From positions 1,984,001 through 2,048,000 of the forward strand of contig CBDFJQ010000002.1 of NCBI GenBank assembly GCA_965248575.1: a DNA stretch of 64,000 nucleotides, read 5' to 3'. The notes under the pieces were generated by a model, which made no database searches, was not told the DNA's origin, and worked only from the letters and a program-made list of their open reading frames with translations. This stretch comes from Planctomycetota bacterium. GTDB lineage: Bacteria > Planctomycetota > B15-G4. Each line of letters begins with the position of its first letter. Position 1 is the stretch's first letter. Below, one piece after another: positions 17,131 through 27,400 of this stretch. A program made the position numbers and the translations under genes.

Positions 17131-17395
17131 GGAAGACCGATTCGAAACACCCGCGCCCGGCGCGGCAGTCTTCGGGGTGCGCGAACTTGCGGTCGGGGCC
17201 CAGTTGATGGCCCGTCTTGCGACACCAGCACCAGTTGCTGGCGTCGAGCACGTCAGCAGCCGTCATCGGCAAACCGGTGCTCGTGAGCACCTTCTTGCTG
17301 CTGAGGTCCGAGCAATAGGGGCTGAAGCGAGGGCCCTGTCCCGCGGCCGTTGCCCGCTCATGAGCCGGCTCGCCGTTTGAGTCGTGGTCTGGCAT
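17117..17395 (-). CDS. Small Cys-rich protein (92 aa)
   Basis: MPDHDS start with AGGAGA RBS; YCSDLSSKK...WCWCRKTGHQLGPD...DCRAGRGCF. Confidence 0.7.
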   Translation of the reverse strand: MPDHDSNGEPAHERATAAGQGPRFSPYCSDLSSKKVLTSTGLPMTAADVLDASNWCWCRKTGHQLGPDRKFAHPEDCRAGRGCFESVFHGAS

Positions 17396-17423
17396 GAATG
17401 GTCTCCTGGTCAGGGCGCGGGGG

Positions 17424-18413
17424 TCAGGACGCGAGGGCTTGCAGCGCGCGTGTGATGAGGCCCTTGGTGAGCGGCACCTTGTAGCCGTTCTCAGACAGGG
17501 GCTCGGCCTTTGCCATCGCCTCCGCTGCTGCCAGACCGATGGTCTCGGGCGTGATCTCTCGCCCCACCAAAAGGGCTTCCGTGCTCTCGCAGGACCACGG
17601 CGTGGGGGCGACACCGCCCAGCACAAGCTTGGCCGCTGCGATCTGCGCACCCTCCATCCAGACGCAGAGAGCCACCGCCGACAAGGCCCAGTCATAGGAG
17701 CCCCGCTCCCGGAACTTCACGAAGGTGCTGCGCATGCCTGCAGCCGGGGCCGGGATGTGGACGTGAGTCAGGACCTCATCCGCTTCGCGCACCGTCTCGC
17801 GCGTGATGCCGTCGTCGGCAGGCAGCAGGTAGTAGTCCTTGAGCAGCAGGGTGCGTGAGCCGCGCGGGCTGACCAAGGTCGCGCTCGCACCCAGGGCGAT
17901 CAGCGCTGGCGCCAGGTCGCTGGGGTGCACGATGTAGGTGGGCCCACCGCCCAGGATGGCGTTGTATTTGTTGAGGCCCACCTGCGCGAAGCAGTGGGTG
18001 CCGCCCTTCTTCAGGCAGACCGTCTCGGCGTTGCGGTAGTACCAGCAACGCGGCCGTTGGTTGAGGTTGCCCCCCACCGTGCCGGCGGCGCGGATCTGGG
18101 GGCTACCCACCTGGCCGGCAGCTTCCGTCAACACGCTGCAGTCACGCTGCATCCGAGAGTCTTCTTCGAGGGACTGGAGCGTCACCATGGCACCCAGGGA
18201 CACAGCGCCGTCGGCCGCCCAGCTGATGCTGTCCAAGCCGGCGATGCCCGCGAGGTTCACCACGCGCTCCGGATCCACGAGGGAGTCTTTCAGCTCACCC
18301 AGAAGATCCTGCCCACCGGCCATGAGCACGGCGCTGCGGTCGTCTTGCTCCGTCGGTAGCAGGGAGGCCGCGGCCTCGGCGCTGGTCGGCTTCTGGAGGT
18401 CGAAGGTCTTCAT
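17424..18413 (-). CDS. Xanthine dehydrogenase family FAD-binding subunit (PaoB/YagS-like)
   Basis: AGGQDLL, SPQIRAAGTVGGNLNQRPRCWYYR, HPSDLAPALIAL, LGGVAPTPW, NGYKV. Confidence 0.93.
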   Translation of the reverse strand: MKTFDLQKPTSAEAAASLLPTEQDDRSAVLMAGGQDLLGELKDSLVDPERVVNLAGIAGLDSISWAADGAVSLGAMVTLQSLEEDSRMQRDCSVLTEAAGQVGSPQIRAAGTVGGNLNQRPRCWYYRNAETVCLKKGGTHCFAQVGLNKYNAILGGGPTYIVHPSDLAPALIALGASATLVSPRGSRTLLLKDYYLLPADDGITRETVREADEVLTHVHIPAPAAGMRSTFVKFRERGSYDWALSAVALCVWMEGAQIAAAKLVLGGVAPTPWSCESTEALLVGREITPETIGLAAAEAMAKAEPLSENGYKVPLTKGLITRALQALAS

Positions 18414-18414
18414 C

Positions 18415-20607
18415 TCAGCTCACCCCTTCCAAGGTCTGCAACACGCGGTCGGGCGTGAACGGCATGTCCCGCAGTCGTAGACCGCAGGCATTGAAGATGG
18501 CGTTGGCGATGGCGCTGTGGCCGGGAATGCTCGAGGCCTCGGCCATGCCCATGACCGCCTCGCGCGTGTCGTCGTCATCGATCAGCGCCACCAGCTCGGG
18601 CATCTCCTGCGAGCCGGCGATCTTGTAGTTCTCCATATCCGCCGTGAGCATCACACCCGTCTCGGGGTCGTGCACCCGTTGCTCGAGCAGCGCGAAGGAC
18701 AGGGCCTGGATCATGCCGCCGTTCATCTGGCTGCGGATGGCCATGCGGTTGAGGGGCAGGCCCTGGTCCTGCACGGAGACCATCTTCAGCACCTGCACGC
18801 GACCGGTCAGGGTGTCCACCTCCACCTTGGCGGCCTGGGCACCATGAATGCCCTGGTCCCGCAGGTGCGGTTGGAAGCGGCCCGTGACCGCGATCGGGTC
18901 GGTGCCCAGAGCCGCACAGGCTTGGCTCCAGCTCAACGAACGATCGGCATCGCCCTCCACGAACACCTTGTGGTCGACGAAACGCAACTGTTCAGGCCGG
19001 GCGTCGAGCATCGGAGCCACGCGGTCGGCAAGAGCCACCCGCGCGTTGAACGCGCCGTCCTTGATGGACGGGCCGATGCTGCCGGTGGTGACGCTGCCGC
19101 CGGAGGCCACGGCCGGCGGAAGCCGGCTGTCCCCGATCTCCGCCGTGACCTCGTGCGCCGCCAGGCCAAGCTCCTCGGCCACGATCGCGGCCACCAAGGT
19201 GCGCGCCCCCTGACCAATGTCCTGCACGCCTGTCGCAGCGCGCACGGTGCCATCCGCCTCGATGCGCACATCCACGACCGTCACATCGCGACTCCGGCTG
19301 CCCCACACGGCCACTCCAAAGCCGATGCCCACGTGCTTGCCGTCGCCGTTGGTGCCGAGGCCTCCGGCGCCCGGCTTCGTGCGGTTCGGGTGCTCGTTCC
19401 AACCGATGGCTTCCGCCGCCCGGTCCAGCTGGCGGTGGTAGACGGAGCTGCTCAGGTTGCGCTTTCGGAACTCCACCGGATCCATGCGGATGCCATAGGC
19501 CAGCTCGTCGACGAGTGACTCCATGGCGAAGCTCGCTTGGGGATGCCCCGGCGCCCGCATGGCACGACTGCTGTCGGTGGCCGTGTGCACGGAGCGGATC
19601 TGCGCCACCGTGTTCTCCACCGCATAGATGTAGGGCGGCGTCGGCAGGGCACCTTGCCCCACACCACCGTGGCGATCGGCCTCCACCACCAGGGCCTTGA
19701 ACAGGCCTTCCTTGGTGGCGCCGCCCGCCATGCGTTGCTCGGAACCGCTGCGGTTGCCGGCCATCAGGAACTCGTCCTTGCGGCTGAGCATGAGATGCAC
19801 CGGGCGCTTCACAATCAGGGCCAGCTCACAGGCCAGGCGGCCTTCGATGCCCGCCCCGAATTTGGCGCCGAAACCACCACCCACGTGACGCACCAGGACG
19901 CGCACCTTGTCGGCCGGCAAGCCCAGGTACTGGGCGAACTCACGATTCGAGCCCGTCACATTCTGCGAGCTGTGATAGACGGTGGCCTCGTCTCCGCCGC
20001 GGTAGTCCACCACCACGCCGTGCGTCTCCAGGCTCACGTGGTGCTGCACCGGCACCCGGTAGGTGCCCTGCACGACCGTGTCGCATTCCTTGAGCGCTGC
20101 GCCCACCGCGGCCCGGTCACCGGTGTTGTTCGCGCTGCTGATGTTGCTGCCGTTGCGGCCCACACCAGGGGACCCGGCCGCGAGGGCCTGGGCGGGCGTG
20201 ACCACGGGCTCGAGCACCTCGTACTCCACCTTCACTTCACGCAGACCGGCCTCGGCCGCCTCCGGGGTCTCGCCCAGCACGGCACCCACCACACCATCCG
20301 CGCCTTGGTAGAGCAGCTGCGTCCCGTCTTCCTTGAAGGCGTCGGCGTAGACCACGCCGTCCACCCGGCGCGCTTTGCGATAGCTGGAGCTTCTGATGAC
20401 CGCGCGCGCATAGGGGCAGACCACGAAGCGCGCGTAGACCATCTCGGGCAAGCGCACATCGTGGGTGTACTCCGCGCGCCCGGTGACCTTCTCCGGTCCG
20501 TCGACGCGAGGGATGTCCGAGTTGAGCAAGGTGTGGCCGTCGTTGGGCCCCCACTCTGGCCGCAACTGGGGTGGCGACTGGGGACGCGGGTCGGCAGCGC
20601 TCATCAC
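18415..20607 (-). CDS. Xanthine dehydrogenase family molybdopterin-binding subunit (PaoC/YagR-like)
   Basis: RVDGPEKVTGRAEY, VGGGFGAK, AMRAPGHPQ, QDIGQG, GGSVTT, GMAEAS. Confidence 0.93.
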   Translation of the reverse strand: MMSAADPRPQSPPQLRPEWGPNDGHTLLNSDIPRVDGPEKVTGRAEYTHDVRLPEMVYARFVVCPYARAVIRSSSYRKARRVDGVVYADAFKEDGTQLLYQGADGVVGAVLGETPEAAEAGLREVKVEYEVLEPVVTPAQALAAGSPGVGRNGSNISSANNTGDRAAVGAALKECDTVVQGTYRVPVQHHVSLETHGVVVDYRGGDEATVYHSSQNVTGSNREFAQYLGLPADKVRVLVRHVGGGFGAKFGAGIEGRLACELALIVKRPVHLMLSRKDEFLMAGNRSGSEQRMAGGATKEGLFKALVVEADRHGGVGQGALPTPPYIYAVENTVAQIRSVHTATDSSRAMRAPGHPQASFAMESLVDELAYGIRMDPVEFRKRNLSSSVYHRQLDRAAEAIGWNEHPNRTKPGAGGLGTNGDGKHVGIGFGVAVWGSRSRDVTVVDVRIEADGTVRAATGVQDIGQGARTLVAAIVAEELGLAAHEVTAEIGDSRLPPAVASGGSVTTGSIGPSIKDGAFNARVALADRVAPMLDARPEQLRFVDHKVFVEGDADRSLSWSQACAALGTDPIAVTGRFQPHLRDQGIHGAQAAKVEVDTLTGRVQVLKMVSVQDQGLPLNRMAIRSQMNGGMIQALSFALLEQRVHDPETGVMLTADMENYKIAGSQEMPELVALIDDDDTREAVMGMAEASSIPGHSAIANAIFNACGLRLRDMPFTPDRVLQTLEGVS

Positions 20608-21281
20608 TTGCCTCCCTTCGCTGCCGTCTGCACCGCATCAAAGATGTGGGTGTAGGTGCCGCAGCGGCAGAGGTTGCCGGACAGCTCGTGCTTGATGGTG
20701 TCCAGGCCCGGATCGCCGTGCTTCTCGAGGCAGGCGGTGGAGGCCATCACGAAGCCCGGCGTGCAGAAGCCGCACATGAGGCCGTCGTGCTTGCAGATGG
20801 CGTCCTGCAACGGCGAGAGATCGTCGGGGCTGCCAACGCCCTCGATGGTGCGCAGGGCCTTGCCCGGCATGGTTGCGGCCAACTGCATGCAGGAGTAGAC
20901 GGGTCGGCCGTCCACGAGCACTGTGCACGCCCCACAGTTGCCCCGATCGCAGACTTCCTTGGTGCCCGTCAGCGGTGGGACCACGTGGTGCCGCAGCGCC
21001 GAAAGCAGCGTGGTCTGAGGTTGCACCCGGACGCTCAGGTCCTTGCCGTTGATCCGCAATGTGATGGGGAAACTGCCGCTCAGGGTCTCGACCCCGGCCT
21101 GGTCCTGCGCAGTTTCGGCCAACCCCTCGGCCGGTGGTGCTGTGGCTGCCGTCGCGCGGGCAGCCAGGCCGCCCGTCAAGGCGCTGGCCACCACGCCGCC
21201 GCCGGCACCCTTCAGAAAGGAGCGGCGCGAGAGGGCCGCTCGGGCCTCCGCGTCAGGGGTCCGTCCGTCACGTGAGGCCAT
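20604..21281 (-). CDS. [2Fe-2S] subunit with Tat signal (PaoA/YagT-like)
   Basis: SRRSFLK twin-arginine motif; CDRGNCGAC, CGFCTPG, GNLCRC; start MASRDG. Confidence 0.93.
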   Translation of the reverse strand: MASRDGRTPDAEARAALSRRSFLKGAGGGVVASALTGGLAARATAATAPPAEGLAETAQDQAGVETLSGSFPITLRINGKDLSVRVQPQTTLLSALRHHVVPPLTGTKEVCDRGNCGACTVLVDGRPVYSCMQLAATMPGKALRTIEGVGSPDDLSPLQDAICKHDGLMCGFCTPGFVMASTACLEKHGDPGLDTIKHELSGNLCRCGTYTHIFDAVQTAAKGGK

Positions 21282-21447
21282 GCTGTCTCCGTCCAGGCGT
21301 TCCAGGGGCATCCACCAGTTGAGCACTGGGGAGTCACCGGCCGCGGATTGTAGACAGCTCATCCCCTCCGTGGGCACACGGTCTCGAATTCGTCCTCCGG
21401 CTCACAGGGGTCGCGCCGGTCTCGCGCAGGCCGCCAGCGGGCGCAGC

Positions 21448-24400
21448 TCATTCTGCAGGGGGCGCCACCTCGCGGATCACGGCTCCGTGCTGCTCACTCA
21501 GGATGAGCACGCCATACGCCTCCACCGAACCGAGGCCGGTGCCCGAGTGGGACACATAGTCGAAGCGCCCACGCAGGTCGGTGTAGCCATCCTTGTGGAA
21601 ACGGATGCTCCCGCCCGGCGCCCGGGCATAGACCTTCACGTAGACCCGCGACAAGGGCTCGCCACCTTCGGCGCTCGTCACCTTGAGCTGCCCGTAGCTC
21701 TCGATCATCTGCACCACCATGTTGTTGGCGTAGTGCGCTTGGCGGCGCACCAGGCCCGCGCCCCGCACCTCGACCAGAACATTCGACGACGCCAGGGCCG
21801 GCGGCAGGCTGAAGCGCGTCTCGCCTGCCTGCGGGTCGAGCTGCACTTGCCGCTGTTGGTTGGGGCGGATGGCCGCGAAGGTCTCGCCCCCGGCTTGCAC
21901 GAAGGGGTTGCTCGAGAACAGGAACTCGATGTCCATGACGTAGAAGCCCACCTCGACCTGATCCAGCTGCGCATGCCGCAACAGCACCTGCCCCGCTTCC
22001 ACTTCCAGTTCGAGGCTCGCCTCACTGTCCGCCAGGGCGGTCATGAGTTGGGTGCGGTCCGGGTCGCCACTCGAGTTGGGGTCGCCAGCGTCTGTCTCGC
22101 TGCCAGCTGCGGCCAGCAGCCCGTCCGCTTCGTCCAGCTGGCGCAAGACCTCCTGGAAGCGATGCCGCCAGCGGGGCACGGGATGATCCCGATAGGGCTC
22201 AGCCAGACCGCGAGCGAAGGCGTGCTCCGGCGTGAAGAAGTCCAGGTAGGCCGCCGCGTAGTCGTACTGCATGCGCCCGTCCACCGCGTCCCGCCGCACC
22301 CGCGAGAAGGCCTGTTGCGCCTGCTCCACCCGGTCTTGCAGCAGCAAGGCATAGGTGACATCCAGCCAGTCGGCGTCGTTGAGCTGTGGCTTGTACGTCA
22401 GCACCCGCAGATAGGCCTCGTACTGCTGGGCGAAGTCGGCGTTCAAGATGCGCCGCTCGGCACCGAACCGATGGGCCCGTTCGTTCACGAGCGGATCGAA
22501 CTCGATGTGCTCGTAGAGCCGGCGCTGCACGGGGTCGATGTCCAACAAGGGCGAGGCCAGGAAGGGCCCGCACTGCCCCAGGAAAGGCGCGTCCATCTCC
22601 AGCAGTTCGCGCATGGCCTGGGCGTCGCGATGCTGCAAAGCGTAGGCCCACAGGCTGCGATCAAAGCGATGGCGCGCCCTGAGAGTTTTCAGCACCCGCT
22701 GGAACACCGAACGGTCCTTCATGCGCCAGGCGATGCGCGAAAGGTCCAAGCGCTCCGAGTTGCTCGCCTCGAGGAAGACCAACACCTGGTCCAGTGTTCC
22801 GCTCTGGGAGACATGCTCCCAAGAGGTGTCGTCCACGGTCGTCGGCTCGGCCACCACTTGCAGCCGCCTCGGCTCGGCCGCCGCCACGAACTCCCCCTCG
22901 CGCGACACATGCGCAGGGTACATCTCGAAAACCCCCGGCTCCGGGAAGTAGAAGTAGACATCGCGCTTGGTGCTTCCGAGCGGCGGCAGCTCCACGTCCA
23001 GGCCGCGCGTCTTGAGGCTGCCAGCCACCGGCAGCGCTCCCGCGGGGATCTGGATCAAGAGCTCCAACTGGCGCGGCTCGGAGGTGGGGTTCGAAACCAC
23101 CACCTGGCTTCCGTACACCACGCCCTTGAGCAACTCGCCCCTTACGTAGAGCTCGCGCCGTTGGTGCCCTTCGAATCTGTAGCGTTGGTCCGCCCGGAAG
23201 ATCTCTTGGCCCACCAGCAAGGGTGTCGTCACTTCACTCGGAGGCGCTTGGCGCAACTCCTTGCGCACCACGAGCGCTGCACCCGCAGGGGTGATGGTCA
23301 TGCGCGCCCCCTCTGTCTCCAGCCCGGGCTCCTCCGCCTCGAAGGGCAGATCGGTCACGGCCAGGGCCAGCAGCATCTCGTTCACGTGCCGGCTGGCCTG
23401 GGCCAGGTGTGTCGACACGAAGGCGGCGCCGCCGTCTGCCTGCGCGAAGTCCAGCCAGAACCCATTGGGCATGAGCAGGTCGGAGGTGTGCTCGTGCGCC
23501 CGGCGCCGCCAGTAGTTGTGCTCGGCGTAAGCGCGGGCGTTACCCACGTTGCGGTAGAGCGCGCGCGACGAGTAGCGCAGGGCCGCGTCCCGTTCCTCCT
23601 CGTCGCCAGCCGACCCGCCGTTGTAGCCGAGGGACCGGAGGGCCTCCATGTCGTCGTCCTTCGGCTGTGCGCTCGGAGCCTCGGCAGCCGACATCTTGCG
23701 GGAGCGCCCGGTGAGCGCCCCTGCTCTGGCGCTGTCTGCGGCCGACTCCTGGGCCACCTGTTTGGCGTCCTCGAAGGCCTCGGCAAAGGCGTCGTCGGAA
23801 TCGAGCGCCGAACCCGCCAACGCCATCTCGAACAGCCGCCGCTCCTGCGCCGTGTCGGGCGCGACGAGTTCCAGCAGTTCGGCCACGCGCCGCGCCACTC
23901 CGGCCGCCTGCTCCGGAAGGCGCCGCGCGAGCAGCACCTGCTCCAGGACGTTCAGCTGGGCGAAGGCGTAGGGCTCGAGGTAGGGCGTGAGGTCCTGCTC
24001 CAGCAACCAATGGTCCAGGAAGGTCTTGACCAGCTTGTTGGCCAGGTAGGGCCGCACCGTCGCGTCGAAGAAGTCCCGGTCTTTCTGGTGCAGGAAAATG
24101 TGCAGCTCGTGGCAGGCGAACTCGTCGTAATGCGCCAGCTTCTCTTCCCGGGCCAGCGCGTTCCACCCGGTCAGGAAGCGCCAGGACTCCAGCGAGCCAC
24201 TCTCGTCGAGGGTCGAGTAGAGACGGAAGACGGAGCCCAGCGAGTCGTACAGCTCCACTTGTGAAGTGCCCACGTCCTCTACCACGATGCCCGTGCCGGC
24301 GGGCACGAACTCCAACACCCGTTGCTCCGACATGTGCGTGTCTGATGGCAACGCGCGGGCGAGGCGCAGATCACGGGTCGCAAGGGCCGTGTCCTCCACC

Positions 24401-27400
24401 GCCAACGAACGGTAGATGGTGGATGTGCGATCCACGGCCAGCACGTGCAGCTGTCGGCCCGGGCCCAGATCGGCCAAGGGAACGCGCACCGCTCCGGCCT
24501 CGTCCGGGCGCAGGTTGGCTGTCAGCGCCGAAGGCGTCTGCATGAAGGAGAGGTCCGCGAAGCTGCCAGGGTTGGCCGAGACGCGGTCGAGGCCTGGGGA
24601 CGCGCTGAGGAAGGCTGACCCTCTGGCGCCCGCGCTGCCCCGCGCTCCAAACCCACCCCCACCGCCGCCTTGACCACCGATGAGCGTCTCGGCCTCCCGC
24701 AGATCCCACGGGTTGAGCAGCAGCGTCGGCCGCGCCAGCATGTTGCCGGGAAAGGTCGTGGCCAAACGGCGCTCCAGGATGTAGCGGGACTCGTCCGCGA
24801 TCTGCCGCCCTTCGTGATAGGTCGACAGGTTCGGGGAGAAACCCACCCCGCTCTCGCGCGTGGCGCCGTCCAGGAACAGGAAGCCGTAGGGATGGAAGCT
24901 TGGCAGGAAACGCGTCGCCACCACGTGCACCCGGGCATCCCGCCCGGCGTGGGCCAGCTGGACCACCAGTTCATCCCCTTCCATCGCCACCCTGCTGACC
25001 GCCAGCAGCTGCGTGTCATCCAAGGGCATGAGCTCGCCGCGACTCACGGACCAACCGTCCCGACCCACCCCTGCGGAAAGCAACACGTCCATGGTGCGAG
25101 CCGCGCTACGCCCCGGCTCCAACCAGGACAGGCGGTAGGTGCCCGGCGAAAGATCGCGCAACTCCAGGAAGGCCCCCGCCTGCACGATCTGCGACGTGCG
25201 GTTCACGGCGGGCGCCCCACGCCGCAACTCCATGAGTGAGACACCCGCCCCCGCTCGTGTGCCCTCGAAGGGCACACGCACGGCATCACCAGCCACCGCT
25301 CGCATCTGTGCCGGCAGGCTACGACGCCCCGGCACGAGCTCCCACACGGCGCTGGTCCCCGCGCCGCCGTTCAGGTCCACGGACACGATGCCCGGCAAGG
25401 CCCCCAGCTGGATCCGTCCGTCGGAGCCCGTCTTGAGTTGGGCCGTCCACTCCTCCTTGAAGTCCTGGTGCTTGAAGGAGACCCGCAACACCTGATCGGC
25501 CACGGGCTCGCCGTTGCGGCCCCGGTACTCCAGGACATAGCCGTCAGGGGTTGCCATGAGCAGGGCCGTGGACGACAGGCTCGTGCCGAGGATGCCGTTC
25601 AGGCGGAAGACGTCGACGCTGCTGACCAGCTGCAGCTCTTCGCCCTGGCTCAGGCTCTCCACCGTGCCGCGTACGCTGAGGGAGAGCGAGCGCAGGCCTT
25701 CAGGCACGCGCAGCTCATGCACGAACTCCGCATCGCTGCTGAGTTCCAGCTCCGTGACCTCGCTGCTCGAGGCCACGCCCTGTTCCGTCACGGCGGTCAG
25801 GCTCAGGACCGGGTCGTTGAGCAGCTCCAGGCTTGCGGGGCGGCCGTTCACCGTCAGGCGGGTCCGCACCAGCAGCCGGGCCGTGGCCCCGGGCAAGAGG
25901 TTCTCCCTGTCCACCCAGGCCGAGACGTCCAGCGCGTACTGCTCGCTGGCATGCTCGAAGGGGCGCAGCGATACGCGCTCGCCGTCCCGCAACACGAGCT
26001 GCTTGCGGCCGGCATCGGTGGAGTAGGGCACGACGACTTCGCCCTGCTCGTTGGCGCGGTACTCGTGGCCCCCGAAGTAGATCGAGGCCTGCGGTGAGCG
26101 CCGCCCCACTTCGTCGTAGACCTGGAACACATGCCCGGCGGCGCCCAGTCGTTCCGTGGCCCGCAGCGCACCCTTGCGGACGATGGCGCGGCTCGACAGC
26201 CCGTTGCCGATCAACTCGATCACCCAGGTGCCCGGGCGGTTCAGTTCGGGGAAGTCGAAGCGTCGCTCCACGCGCCGCAAGGCAGGTACATCGATGCGCG
26301 TCCTCGACTCCCGGTGCGCCACCAAGCCATCCAGCTCCAGGTCCGCGCCCACCTGCTTGCCCTGCTCGAGGGCGACCTTGAAGCTGTCCACCTCGAACAC
26401 CTTCACCAGCAGGGTGCCGACATTCTTGAGGGAGACGTCCAGGAAGACGGCCGCGTCCACGGCGAACTGTTCGGGCTGGCTGGGGGCGAACTCGATCTCC
26501 ACACGTTGCTTGAGTGCCTCATAGCCCGCCGGATCGTCGAGCATCGAGTACCAGCGCTCCATGTCCCCCAGGCCGTAGAGGATCTTCGTCTCCGCAAACA
26601 CCCGGCGCAGGATCTCGCTGCGCAGATAGGGTTCGTAGGCCGTGTAGTTCGTGGCCGTCCTGAAGTCGTGCTCGAGCAGGATGCGCACGAGGGACTCGTC
26701 GTTGCTGACGTTGGGCAAGGCCGTGGCGTAGGACTCGTTGAGCGAGATCAGCTCACTGCTGGCCGGGCGACGCTTGAGGTACTCGGGTTCAACCCATGAG
26801 CCAAGCCGATAGAGCGCCAGATAGTCCTGAAAGCGGTCCATGTCGTGCACGCCCTGGGCGAGCTCGAAGGCCAGCCGGTGGTAGAGCACGTGCGCCAACA
26901 GGCTGCTGCGCGAGGCAGGCAGGCGCCGGGCAAAGCTCTCCAGGCGGTCGAGGTACGCACGTTTGGCGCCCCGATCATGCTCCCAGTCCAGGTGCTCCGG
27001 CGGGCTCAGGCGCCGGACATACTCGGTGATGAAACTCATCTCGCTCAGCAAGGACGGCCGGCGCGCGGCACAGTCGTCGAGCTGGGAGATGGTCAGCAGC
27101 TGATGCACGTTCAAGCTGCCGAAGCCGCGGCTCTGCTTGCTCTCGAGATTGCGCACGATCAGGGCTGGAAGCTCGGGGGCATCTGCCGTAGGCAGGGAGC
27201 TCAGCAGGCTCATCAACTGGCGATCGTTCAGCTGGACGATTCCCGTCCCGCTGCGCCTCGACGCGAGGAAGCGTGCGAGGCCGCGCGCTTCGAAGCCCGC
27301 CAAGCCATCGCCTTGCCGGTTCAGGGCGCGGGTCGCCAAGGCGTCCCACGTCAACTGGGAGGCGTCCACGCGCGACGGCAAGTCGGGCACTGCACCTGGC

